From contig JACPCF010000059.1 in assembly GCA_016179965.1 (NCBI GenBank), positions 972-64,971 on the forward strand: a stretch of DNA of 64,000 nt. Reading direction: 5' to 3'. Made by a program: the position numbers and the translations under genes. The notes below the pieces were generated by a model that did no database searches, had not been told where the DNA came from, and saw only the letters and a list, made by a program, of their open reading frames with translations. How positions within the stretch are numbered: position 1 is the stretch's first letter; each line of letters opens with the position of its first letter. This document shows positions 36,969 through 46,729 of this stretch, in pieces. Source of the DNA: Candidatus Rokuibacteriota bacterium. GTDB taxonomy: Bacteria > Methylomirabilota > Methylomirabilia > Rokubacteriales > CSP1-6.

Positions 36969-37090
36969 GTGCCCTCCTGGCTGGCGTTGGTAACCCTGAC
37001 TTTTGATGTACCGCCTTGCCTTCGGTAACCCAAATTTTGAGTTGATGCGGATTCTTGACAGCCCCTCCCCCCCGGCCTAGACTCCGAACG

Positions 37091-38920
37091 ATGCACTCCG
37101 TCGCCGCCCTCTTCGCCGCCGCCCTCCTGCTGGCGTCGGCCCCTCACGCCGCCGCCCAGCCGAAGATCACCGTGAGCCACGGCCTGTCCATGCACGGCGA
37201 CCTCAAGTACGGCCCCGGATTCAAGCACTTCGAGTACGCCAACCCGAACGCCCCTAAAGGGGGAGACGTCCGGCTGGCCGCCATCGGCACGTTCGATACG
37301 CTGAATCCGTTCATCCTCAAGGGCGTCGCGGCGGCCGGGCTCGGCGAGATCTTCGAGACCCTGACGACGAGTTCCGCCGACGAGCCGTTCGCCCAGTACG
37401 GGCTGATCGCGGAGACCATCGAGATGCCGGCCGATCGCGCGTGGGTCGCCTACACGCTCCGGCCCGAGGTGCGCTTTCACGACGGGAGCCCCATCACCCC
37501 CGACGACGTCGTCTGGACGTTCGAGACCCTGAAGAGCAAGGGCCATCCCTTCTTCCGGGCGTATTACGCGCAAGTAGCCAAGGCCGAGAGAATCGGCGAG
37601 AGGAAAGTCAAGTTCAGCTTCGGCAAGGGCGACAACCGCGAGCTGCCCCTGATTATCGGCCAGATGGCGGTGCTGTCCAGGGCCTACTGGAGCACGCGGG
37701 ACTTCGAGAAGACGACCCTCGAGCCGCCGCTGGGAAGCGGCGCGTACCGAGTCGAGTCGGTGGAGGCAGGCCGTTCGATCACCTATCGTCGCGTCAAGGA
37801 CTACTGGGGCGCCGGCCTCCCCGTCAACGCCGGCCGCGACAACTTCGACACAATCCGCTTCGACTACTACCGCGACACCACGGTGGCGCTCGAGGCGTTC
37901 AAGGCTGGCCAGTACGACTTCCGGCAGGAGAACGTGGCGAAGAACTGGGCGACCGCCTACACGGGCCCCGCCGTGGCGCAGGGCCTGATCCGGAAGGAGG
38001 AGATCCGAAACCAGGTCCCGACCGGCATGCAGGCGTATGTCTTCAACCAGCGGCGTCCCATCTTCCAGGACCCGCGCGTCCGGCAGGCGCTCGCCTACGC
38101 GTTCGACTTCGAGTGGACCAACAAGCAGCTCTTCTACGGCGCCTATACCCGGACGAAGAGCTACTTCTCGAACTCCGAACTGGCCTCCCAGGGGCTTCCC
38201 GGCTCGGAGGAGCTCAAGATCCTCCAGCCGTTCCGCGGGAAGATCCCCGAGGAGGTCTTCACCCGTGAGTACCAGCCGCCCGCCACCGACGGCTCGGGAA
38301 ACATCCGCGACAACGTGCGCGAGGCCTTGCGGCTCCTGGCGGCCGCGGGCTGGACGGTCAAGGGCCAGCGGCTCGTCAACGACCGCGGCGAGCCCCTGCA
38401 GTTTGAGATCCTCGGCAACGACCCGACCTTCGAGCGGATCGCGCTCCCCTTCGCCAAGAACCTCGAGCGCCTGGGAGCCGCCGCCCGCGTCCGCACCGTG
38501 GACACCGCCCAGTATCAGAACCGCCTTGACACCTTCGACTTCGACATGACCACCTTCGTCTGGGGCCAGTCGCTCTCGCCAGGCAACGAGCAGCACGACT
38601 TCTGGCACTCCGAGACCGCCAACATTCCCGGCAGCCGCAACCTCGCCGGCATCAAGAGCCCGGTGGTAGATGCGCTCATCGACCTCGTGATCCGGGCGCC
38701 GGACCGGCCGAGCCTCGTCGCCCGCACCCGGGCGCTCGACCGCGTCCTCCTCTGGGGGCACTACGTGATCCCCCACTGGCACATCCAGGCCTACCGGGTC
38801 GCGTACTGGGACAAGTTCGGCCGGCCCGCGGTGGCCCCGAAGTACGCCCTCGGCTTCGACACCTGGTGGGTGGACCCTAAGAAGGAGGCCGAGCCGGCCC
38901 GACGCCGGGGCAGCCAGTAG
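37091..38920 (+). CDS. yejA: ABC transporter substrate-binding protein, family 5 (YejA-like, peptide/microcin C type).
   Basis: It has a signal peptide and an SBP_bac_5 fold, and it starts a yejABEF-type operon. Confidence 0.8.
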   Translation: MHSVAALFAAALLLASAPHAAAQPKITVSHGLSMHGDLKYGPGFKHFEYANPNAPKGGDVRLAAIGTFDTLNPFILKGVAAAGLGEIFETLTTSSADEPFAQYGLIAETIEMPADRAWVAYTLRPEVRFHDGSPITPDDVVWTFETLKSKGHPFFRAYYAQVAKAERIGERKVKFSFGKGDNRELPLIIGQMAVLSRAYWSTRDFEKTTLEPPLGSGAYRVESVEAGRSITYRRVKDYWGAGLPVNAGRDNFDTIRFDYYRDTTVALEAFKAGQYDFRQENVAKNWATAYTGPAVAQGLIRKEEIRNQVPTGMQAYVFNQRRPIFQDPRVRQALAYAFDFEWTNKQLFYGAYTRTKSYFSNSELASQGLPGSEELKILQPFRGKIPEEVFTREYQPPATDGSGNIRDNVREALRLLAAAGWTVKGQRLVNDRGEPLQFEILGNDPTFERIALPFAKNLERLGAAARVRTVDTAQYQNRLDTFDFDMTTFVWGQSLSPGNEQHDFWHSETANIPGSRNLAGIKSPVVDALIDLVIRAPDRPSLVARTRALDRVLLWGHYVIPHWHIQAYRVAYWDKFGRPAVAPKYALGFDTWWVDPKKEAEPARRRGSQ

Positions 38921-38944
38921 CCCCTCCTCCTTCGGCCGCCGTCG

Positions 38945-40060
38945 ATGTTCGCCTACATCCTTCGCCGCTTGCTCCTGATCGTCCCGACACTGTTCGGGAT
39001 CATGGTGATCAACTTCGCGATCGTCCAGTCGGCTCCCGGCGGCCCCATCGAGCAGCTGATCGCCCAACTCCGGGGCCACGCCGTTCTCGCCACCGCGCGG
39101 GTGGGCGGGACGGCCGGCGGCGAAACGGCGGGGGCCGTGCCCGCTGTGGAGCCGGGACGCACCGGCGACGCCGCCGAGAAGTACCGCGGCGCCCGCGGCC
39201 TCGATCCCGAGCTCATCCGCCAGCTCGAGCGGCAGTACGGCTTCGACAAGCCGGCCCACGAGCGGTTCCTCGCCATGATGAAGAACTACCTCCTGTTCGA
39301 CTTCGGCACGAGCTTCTTCCGCGACCGCCCGGTGATCGAGCTGGTACTGGAGAAGCTGCCGGTGTCCATCTCGCTCGGCCTCTGGACGACGCTCCTCGTG
39401 TACCTGATCTCGATTCCCCTCGGGATCGCCAAGGCCGTCCGCGACGGCTCCCCCTTCGACGTGTGGACGAGCGGGGTCGTGATCATCGGCTATGCCATCC
39501 CGAGCTTCCTCTTCGCGATCCTCCTGGTCGTCCTGTTCGCGGGCGGGAGCTTTGTCGCCTGGTTTCCGCTGCGCGGCCTCACGTCCGCCAACTGGGCCGC
39601 GCTTCCCTGGCCGGCCCGCATCGTGGACTACCTCTGGCACGTCACGCTCCCAGTGCTGGCCCTCGTCATCGGCGGCTTCGCGGGGCTCACCATGCTGACG
39701 AAGAACTCCTTCCTGGAGGAGATCAACAAGCAGTACGTCATCGCCGCCCGCGCCAAGGGACTCACGAAGCGCCGCGTGCTCTACGGCCACGTCTTCCGCA
39801 ACGCCATGCTCATCGTGGTCGCGGGATTCCCGGCCGCCTTCGTCGGAATCCTCTTCACGGGCGCGCTGCTCATCGAGGTCATCTTCTCGCTGGACGGGCT
39901 GGGGCTCCTGGGGTTTGAGGCGGCGATCAACCGCGACTATCCGATCATGTTCGGGACCCTCTACATCTACACGCTCGTGGGGCTCGTGCTGAACCTCATC
40001 AGCGATCTGACGTACGTGGCGGTGGACCCGCGGATCGACTTCGCCACGCGCGAGGTGTGA
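38945..40060 (+). CDS. yejB: Peptide ABC transporter permease (YejB-like).
   Basis: It has the DppB/OppB-type N-terminus [28 protein letters not shown] and an EAA loop. Confidence 0.85.
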   Translation: MFAYILRRLLLIVPTLFGIMVINFAIVQSAPGGPIEQLIAQLRGHAVLATARVGGTAGGETAGAVPAVEPGRTGDAAEKYRGARGLDPELIRQLERQYGFDKPAHERFLAMMKNYLLFDFGTSFFRDRPVIELVLEKLPVSISLGLWTTLLVYLISIPLGIAKAVRDGSPFDVWTSGVVIIGYAIPSFLFAILLVVLFAGGSFVAWFPLRGLTSANWAALPWPARIVDYLWHVTLPVLALVIGGFAGLTMLTKNSFLEEINKQYVIAARAKGLTKRRVLYGHVFRNAMLIVVAGFPAAFVGILFTGALLIEVIFSLDGLGLLGFEAAINRDYPIMFGTLYIYTLVGLVLNLISDLTYVAVDPRIDFATREV

Positions 40061-40063
40061 GGA

Positions 40064-41089
40064 ATGACGCTGAGCCCCTTGATCCGGCGAAGGCTCCACA
40101 ACTTCAGGGCCAACCGGCGCGGCTTCTGGTCCCTCTGGATCTTCCTCGCGTTGTTCGTCACGAGCCTCTTCGCCGAGGTCGTCGCCAACGACCGGCCGCT
40201 CCTCGTCCGGTACGAAGGGCGCTTCTACGTCCCCTTCCTCCGGCCCTACCCCGAGACGACCTTCGGGGGCGCTTTCCCCACGGAGGCGGTCTATCGCGAC
40301 CCCTTCGTCATCAAGACCATCACGGAGAAGGGCTGGATGCTCTGGCCGCCCATCCCCTTCCGCTACGACACGATCAACTACGACCTGCCCGTGCCCGCTC
40401 CGGCGCCGCCGTCGTCGGCCAACTGGCTCGGCACCGATGATCAGGGGCGCGACCTGGCCGCCCGGCTGATCTACGGCTTTCGGATCTCCGTGCTGTTCGG
40501 CTTGACGCTGACGCTCTTGAGCTCGGTGACCGGCATCATCGCCGGCGGCGTCCAGGGCTACTTCGGCGGCAAGACCGACCTCTTCTTCCAGCGCTTCATC
40601 GAGATCTGGTCGGGGCTGCCGGTCCTCTATCTCCTCATCATCCTGGCCTCCATCGTCGAGCCCAACTTCTGGTGGCTCCTGGGGCTCATGCTCCTCTTTT
40701 CTTGGATGTCGCTGGTCGGGGTGGTGCGGGCCGAGTTCCTGCGGGCGCGCAACTTCGATTACGTGCGCGCCGCCCGGGCGCTCGGCGTTGGGAACGCCGT
40801 GATCATGTTCCGGCACGTCCTCCCCAACGCCATGGTGGCGACGCTGACATTCCTCCCCTTCATCCTGAACGGCTCGATCACGACGCTGACCTCGCTGGAC
40901 TTCCTCGGCTTCGGCCTGCCGCCGGGCTCGCCCTCCCTCGGCGAGATCCTCGCCCAGGGCAAGGCCAACCTCCAGGCGCCGTGGCTGGGCATCACCGGCT
41001 TCGCCGTGCTCGCCCTCATGCTGAGTCTCTTGATCTTCGTCGGCGAGGCGGTGCGCGACGCCTTCGATCCCCGGAAGACAGTCGGATGA
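40064..41089 (+). CDS. yejE: Peptide ABC transporter permease (YejE-like).
   Basis: It is a DppC/OppC-type permease. Its stop overlaps the yejF start as ATGA. Confidence 0.85.
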   Translation: MTLSPLIRRRLHNFRANRRGFWSLWIFLALFVTSLFAEVVANDRPLLVRYEGRFYVPFLRPYPETTFGGAFPTEAVYRDPFVIKTITEKGWMLWPPIPFRYDTINYDLPVPAPAPPSSANWLGTDDQGRDLAARLIYGFRISVLFGLTLTLLSSVTGIIAGGVQGYFGGKTDLFFQRFIEIWSGLPVLYLLIILASIVEPNFWWLLGLMLLFSWMSLVGVVRAEFLRARNFDYVRAARALGVGNAVIMFRHVLPNAMVATLTFLPFILNGSITTLTSLDFLGFGLPPGSPSLGEILAQGKANLQAPWLGITGFAVLALMLSLLIFVGEAVRDAFDPRKTVG

Positions 41090-42640
41090 GCGCGGTCTCC
41101 CTCCTCCAAGTCCGCAATCTCTCGGTTGTGTTCGACACCCCCGCCGGCGAGGTCCGCGCCGTGCGGGGGATCTCGTTCGGCATCGATCGCGGCGAGACGC
41201 TGGCCCTCGTCGGCGAGAGCGGCGCCGGAAAGTCCGTCACGGCACTCTCGATCCTCCAGCTTCTCCCCTACCCCCTCGCCCGCCACCCGAGCGGGAGCAT
41301 CCGCTTCCGGGGGGAGGAGTTGCTCGGCGCCGGCGAGGTCGCGCTGCGGCGGGTGCGCGGCAACCGGATCACGATGATCTTCCAGGAGCCGATGACGTCG
41401 CTGAACCCGCTGCACCCGATCGAGAAGCAGATCGGCGAGGTGCTGTTCGTCCATAAAGCCCTCGGCCGCGCCGCCGCGCGCGCGCGGACGCTGGAGCTCC
41501 TGCACCTGGTCGGCCTGCCGGAGGCCGAGCAGCGGCTCAACGCGTATCCCCACCAGCTCTCGGGCGGCCAGCGCCAGCGCGTCATGATCGCCATGGCGCT
41601 GGCCAACGAGCCCGATCTCCTGATTGCCGACGAGCCCACGACCGCCGTGGACGTCACTATCCAGGCCCAGATCCTCCAGCTGCTCAAGGATCTCCAGGCC
41701 CGCTTCGGCACGGCGCTCCTCCTGATCACCCACGACCTCGCCGTCGTCCGCAAGATGGCCGACCGCGTGGCCGTCATGACCCAGGGCGAGATCGTGGAGG
41801 CGGGCACCGTCGCCGACGTGTACGGGCAGCCGCGCCATCCCTACACGCGCCGGCTGCTGGCGGCGGAAGCTCAGGAGCGCCGTCATCGCCCTCCGCGGGA
41901 GGCGCCGGTCGTCCTGGCGGCCCGGGACCTCAAGGTCTGGTTCCCGATCAAGGCGGGGGTCTTCCGGCGCACGGTCGATTACGCTCGGGCTGGCCCTGCT
42001 ACGCCTCCAGACGAGCGAGGGTGTGATCCAGTTCGAGGGGCGGGAGCTGCAGGGGCTCAGCTCAAGGACCCTGCGCCCCCTCCGGCGCGAGATGCAGATC
42101 GTCTTCCAGGACCCCTTCGGCTCGCTGTCGCCCCGCCTGTCGGTCCGGCAGATCGTGGAAGAGGGACTCCGGGTCCATGGGATCGGCCGGACCTCCGCGG
42201 AACGCCAGGAGCTCATAGAGCAGGCGTTGAGCGAGGTCGGCCTCGACCCCGACACCTGCGACCGCTACCCGCACGAGTTCTCGGGCGGCCAGCGGCAGCG
42301 GATCGCCGTAGCCCGGGCCCTGGTCCTGCGCCCCCGCCTCCTCGTGCTCGACGAGCCGACCTCCGCGTTGGACATGTCCGTCCAGGCGCAGATCGTCGAG
42401 CTGCTGCGCGAGCTTCAGGCGCGCCACAATCTCGCCTACCTCTTCATCAGCCACGATCTCAAGGTGATCCGCGCGCTGGCCGACGAGATCATCGTGCTGC
42501 AGGCCGGCCGCGTCGTCGAGCAGGGCCCCGCCGCCCTCATCTTCGAGCGCCCGACGCACCCCTACACGAAGGCCCTCATGGCCGCTGCCCTCCGGCTGGA
42601 GACGGCGGAGGACGGCGAGCCGAACCCCGCCGTAATCTAG
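41086..42640 (+). pseudogene. yejF: Double-NBD peptide ABC transporter ATPase (YejF-like), disrupted. NBD1 is intact. The Walker A region of NBD2 is deleted and the frame shifts.
   Basis: NBD1 runs from 41086 to about 41960 with Walker A, LSGGQRQR and Walker B. After …VWFPIKAGVFRRTVDY the expected ~28 aa (…GETLxLVGESGSGKST…) are missing. The NBD2 remainder (LALLRLQTSEGVIQFEG…LSGGQRQR…) continues in the +1 frame to 42640. Confidence 0.7.
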
Positions 42641-42738
42641 GCGGAGGCGGGCGGCCGACGGCGGGCCCACGGACGGGCCGCCTCGAGCTGCGAATAGCCG
42701 TTGCGCCAATGGGATCAAGCCTCACCGCCAGATAAACT

Positions 42739-45114
42739 CTATCGCTCTCCGGATGAAACAGGAGCTCCCGATGCCGTCCGTACTTGGCCGTGTCGCAGCG
42801 CCGCCCAGACGCGCTGCGGCGTCATCGGCAGGTCGAGATGTCGAACGCCCTGGCCCGCGAGCGCGTCGAGCACCGCGTTCACCGCCGACGGCAGGGACCC
42901 CGCGACACCCGACTCGCCCGCCCCCTTCACGCCGAGCGGGTTCGTGGTGCATGGTACGCAGTGATGCCCGACTCTCATGTCCGGCATGTCGTCGGCTCGC
43001 GGAATCATGTAGTCCATGAACGATGCGGTCAACAGCTGTCCGCTCTCGCTGTAGACGACCGCTTCGCCCAGCACCTGGCCAAGGCCCTGTGCGACGCCGC
43101 CGTGGATCTGCCCCTCGACGATGGGCAAATGCAGGATGTTGCCGACGTCGTCCACGGCCGTGTAGCCGACCACCGTGACCACGCCCGTCTCCGGATCGAT
43201 CTCGACCTCGCAGATGTGGCAACCGTTGGGAAAGCTCATCTGCGGCGAGACAAACTTGGCCGTGTTGTCTAGCCCGCCGGCGAGCTCCTCCGGCATCCCG
43301 GGCATCGTGCGCGCGCGCCGGGCGAGATCCAGGATGCCGATCTCCCGGTCGGTGCCGGTCACGCGGAACCTACCGTCTCGGAACTCGATGTCGAACGGGG
43401 CGGCTTCGAACAGGTGTGCGGCGATCCCGCGGCCCTTCTCGATCGCCGTGTCGCACGCGAGCGCGGCTGCGCTGCCGGCCATCATCATCGAGCGCGACGC
43501 GACGCTCGGCGTGCCGACCGGCACCTCGTCGCTGTCGCCCTGGATGAGCCTAACCGCGCTCACGTCCACGCCGAGCCTTGTGGCAACGAGACGTGGGAAC
43601 GTCGACGCATGCCCCTGCCCCATCGCCTGCACGCCCGTGCGCAGCGCGATTGTGCCGTCATTCTCGAAGCGCAGATCCACGGTCTCGTCGAGGATGCCCC
43701 CCGCCACCTCGAGGAAGGAACACAGACCGATCCCTCGCACCCTGCCTGCCCTCTCCGCCGCCGCGCGCCGGGCCGGGAAGCCCTTCCAGTCCGCCAGCGC
43801 CAGCGCCTTGTCCATCACCGCCTCGAACTCCCCGCTGTCATAGACCTGGCCGTTCGGCGCCTTGTACGGCATCGCGGACGGGGCGATGAGGTTGCGTCGC
43901 CGCAGCTCCACGCGGTCGATGCCCATCGTCAGCGCCGCCGAGTCGATCAGCCGCTCGATGAGGTAAATCGCCTCCGGGCGGCCCGCGCCGCGGTACGGCC
44001 CCAGCGGTGCCGCGTTGGTGAGCACCATCTTCACGTCGATCTGGATGGCGGGAATCACGTACACGCTCGACAGGCAGTTCTTCGTGTTGTTGGTCGCGAA
44101 GATGGCTGCGTACGTCGAGACGTACGCTCCGAGCCCCACGAACGTGCGCACCCGCAGGGCGAGGAACCTCCCGCGCGCGTCGAGCGCAAGCTCGCCCTCG
44201 AGTACGCCGTCGCGGCCGTGGGTGTCCGCGAGGAAGCTCTCGAGCCGACTTGCTCGCCACTTCACCGGCCGGCCCACACGTCGAGCCGCATAGAGCAGCG
44301 CCGCGTACTCCGCGTACGCCTGTACCTTCATGCCGAAGCCGCCGCCGACGTCGTACGTGAGCACGCGGATGCTCTGCGGGGGGACCTTGAACACGCCCTC
44401 GGCGAGCAGCTTCCGCACCACCGAGACGCCCTGCGTACCCGCGACCAGCGTGTAGCGCTCCGCCGCCGCGTCCCACTGCCCGATGGCAGCGCGCGGCTCC
44501 AGCGCCGAGGGGGCTAGGCGCGTGTCGAGCAGCCGGACGCTCGCGACGTGGGCCGCGCGCGCAAACGCGCTCTCGACCGCGGCCGCATCGCCGTCGGTCC
44601 AGTCGAGGGCGACGTTGTCCGGCGCCTCGGGCCAAATCGGCTGCGCCTCCGGGGCCATCGCGCGCTCGACGTCGGACGAGGCCGGCAGTTCGTCAAGGTC
44701 GACGATGAGGGCCTCGACCGCATCCTGCGCCTGCGCGGCGGTCTCCGCCACCACGATCGCGATCGGTTCGCCGTCGTAGCGCACCCGATCGACCGCGAGC
44801 GGCGGCATCGCCGCACCGAGCATCGGCTTACCGCCGCGCCCCGGGAACGACGCCGCGGGCCGGATCGCCCCCAGCCCGTCCGCGACGAGGTCCCTTCCCG
44901 TGAACACGCCGATGACGCCGGGCATCTTCAGGGCTTTCGAGACGTCCGTCCCGCGGAGCTCCGCGTGCCCGACTTGCGCCCGCACGAACGCGGCATACGC
45001 CTGCCCGGGCACATTGATGTCGTCGGTGAACCGCGCGCGCCCGGTGAGCAGCGGTTCGTCCTCGCTGCACAGGGCGTCACGGTCGCTGCCGAATCGTAGA
45101 AGGTTCCCGTTCAC
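42739..45114 (-). CDS. Xanthine dehydrogenase/CoxL-family molybdopterin-binding large subunit, form II-like (AYRGAGR-type loop). It is an orphan with no adjacent small or medium subunits.
   Basis: It is 791 aa with the aldehyde oxidase/xanthine dehydrogenase a/b hammerhead and MoCo-binding domains. The loop reads GPYRGAGRPEA. Confidence 0.8.
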   Translation of the reverse strand: MNGNLLRFGSDRDALCSEDEPLLTGRARFTDDINVPGQAYAAFVRAQVGHAELRGTDVSKALKMPGVIGVFTGRDLVADGLGAIRPAASFPGRGGKPMLGAAMPPLAVDRVRYDGEPIAIVVAETAAQAQDAVEALIVDLDELPASSDVERAMAPEAQPIWPEAPDNVALDWTDGDAAAVESAFARAAHVASVRLLDTRLAPSALEPRAAIGQWDAAAERYTLVAGTQGVSVVRKLLAEGVFKVPPQSIRVLTYDVGGGFGMKVQAYAEYAALLYAARRVGRPVKWRASRLESFLADTHGRDGVLEGELALDARGRFLALRVRTFVGLGAYVSTYAAIFATNNTKNCLSSVYVIPAIQIDVKMVLTNAAPLGPYRGAGRPEAIYLIERLIDSAALTMGIDRVELRRRNLIAPSAMPYKAPNGQVYDSGEFEAVMDKALALADWKGFPARRAAAERAGRVRGIGLCSFLEVAGGILDETVDLRFENDGTIALRTGVQAMGQGHASTFPRLVATRLGVDVSAVRLIQGDSDEVPVGTPSVASRSMMMAGSAAALACDTAIEKGRGIAAHLFEAAPFDIEFRDGRFRVTGTDREIGILDLARRARTMPGMPEELAGGLDNTAKFVSPQMSFPNGCHICEVEIDPETGVVTVVGYTAVDDVGNILHLPIVEGQIHGGVAQGLGQVLGEAVVYSESGQLLTASFMDYMIPRADDMPDMRVGHHCVPCTTNPLGVKGAGESGVAGSLPSAVNAVLDALAGQGVRHLDLPMTPQRVWAALRHGQVRTASGAPVSSGER

Positions 45115-45341
45115 CGCCTTCCTCCGTCCTGAAGTCCGTCAGTCAGGCAGATTGCCGTGCGCGAGGGCCCGGCCATGAGGGAGTCGCGTAACCGGCGGTA
45201 CACGCGCAATCCGAGCATACCACTCACGGCCGCTCGAATGCGGGCGAGCGGCCGTACGGGGCGTTCATGCGAGACGCACCCTCGTCGCTTCCGCAACGCA
45301 AGAACCCCGTAAAGGCTCCTCAGCACGCCGCGCGCAGGCGA

Positions 45342-45371
45342 TTGACAGCGCCCCTCTGCGCCCAGTATACT
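45342..45371 (+). promoter_or_regulatory. Sigma70-like promoter (TTGACA-N18-TATACT) upstream of the liv-like/fmdA operon.
   Basis: It lies in the 300-nt intergenic region 45 nt upstream of the livK-like start. An inverted TGTCAA follows the -10. Confidence 0.4.
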
Positions 45372-45414
45372 GCTGGCCTGTCAACAGGCTACCTCAGGAA
45401 GGAGGCGCGATGCA

Positions 45415-46656
45415 ATGACGAGAGACAGGATTCGTAGATCTCTGCGAGGCCTCGCCGCACTGCTGGCTGCCGTCGGCCTGGCAGCCCCGGGCGCAGCCTA
45501 CGCCCAGGGCGGTCCGATCAAGATCGGATTGCTGGTGCCGCTTACCGGCCCGCTCGCCACGCCCGGCCGAGACATGGTCGACGGGTTCAATCTGTTCTGG
45601 GAGCAGGCCAGGCACACCGCGGGCGGCCGCAAGGTGGAAATCGTGGTCGCAGACACCACCTGCAACCCGGACCAGGCCATTACTCAGGCGCGCCGCATGG
45701 TGCACCAGGAGAAGGTGCACTTCATGGTCGGCCCGCTGTGCGGCCACGAGGGACCCGCGGTGGCGCAGGTGAGCAAGGAGACCGGCGTGCCGCTCCTCAT
45801 GGACACCGCCGGCGCCGACACCGTCACCAAGTGGGACCGCACTCCGACGGTGGTGCGCACCGCGGTCTCCGCGAGCCAGATCGGACACCCTTGGGGCGAG
45901 TACATGTACAAGGAGCTCGGCTTGAGAAACGTCACCTTCATCGGCCAGGACTACACCTGGGGCCACGAGGTCACGCTCGGCGCGGTGAAGACCTTCACGG
46001 CGCTCGGCGGCAAGGTGGCGAAGATCATCTGGAACCCGATCGGCACCAAGGACTACGGCCCGACGATCGCCGCCATCCCGGCGGAATCGGACGGCGTGTC
46101 GGCGGTGGTGGTCGGCGTCGACCGCGTGCGCCTGTTCGAAGCCTGGTTCAATTTCGGCATGGACAAGAAGAAGAAGATCTACGGCGGCTACTGGATGCAC
46201 CAGGATGCACTGCCGCAGATGGACGAGCGCGCCATCGGCCTGATCGGCAATTCGCTGCACTATGCTGCGGGGCTGGACACGCCCGAGAACAAGGCGTTCA
46301 CCGAGGCGTTCGCCACGAAGCACAAGCGGCTGCCTTCCTGGTTCGCCGAGTCCGCGTACACCACCGGCCTGTGGAGCAAGACGGCGGTCGACTCCATCCA
46401 AGGCAAGATCGAGGACCGCGCCGCCTTCCTCAATGCGATGCGTACGGCACAGATCAAGGCGCCGCGCGGGCCGCTGCGCATGGACGGGTACGACAACCCG
46501 GTGCAGAACGTCTACATCTCGAAGATCCAGAAGATCAAGCACCCGGTGCTTGGCGAGGTGATGACCAACGTGCCGATCAAGACCTATCCCGCGGTGTCGC
46601 AGTTCTGGACCTGGACGCCCGAGGAGTTCCTGAAGCAGGGGCCGTACAAGCGCTAG
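45415..46656 (+). CDS. Branched-chain amino acid/amide-type ABC transporter substrate-binding protein (LivK/FmdD-like).
   Basis: It has a signal peptide and the Peripla_BP_6 fold (IKIGLLVPLTGPLATPGRD…). Confidence 0.8.
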   Translation: MTRDRIRRSLRGLAALLAAVGLAAPGAAYAQGGPIKIGLLVPLTGPLATPGRDMVDGFNLFWEQARHTAGGRKVEIVVADTTCNPDQAITQARRMVHQEKVHFMVGPLCGHEGPAVAQVSKETGVPLLMDTAGADTVTKWDRTPTVVRTAVSASQIGHPWGEYMYKELGLRNVTFIGQDYTWGHEVTLGAVKTFTALGGKVAKIIWNPIGTKDYGPTIAAIPAESDGVSAVVVGVDRVRLFEAWFNFGMDKKKKIYGGYWMHQDALPQMDERAIGLIGNSLHYAAGLDTPENKAFTEAFATKHKRLPSWFAESAYTTGLWSKTAVDSIQGKIEDRAAFLNAMRTAQIKAPRGPLRMDGYDNPVQNVYISKIQKIKHPVLGEVMTNVPIKTYPAVSQFWTWTPEEFLKQGPYKR

Positions 46657-46729
46657 ACGCGGCACCCGGATGCCGGGCGGCGGCGCGCTGCCGCCCGGTA
46701 CCTCTTTTCCCCAGCACCTTGCCCTCACG

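Noticed and set aside
36539-40816. A 1425-aa minus-strand ORF, plus many other long ORFs listed in the track (9096-12503 +, 18366-20540 - N-terminal part, 3945-5618 +, 4123-5514 -, 21363-22649 -, 26669-28066 -, and others).
   Set aside because: These are antisense or out-of-frame artefacts typical of 68% GC DNA. They have Arg/Pro/Gly-rich low-complexity translations and no motifs. Each overlaps a well-supported gene on the other strand or in another frame. Only the last ~430 nt of the 36539-40816 ORF (the transposase fragment) was kept.
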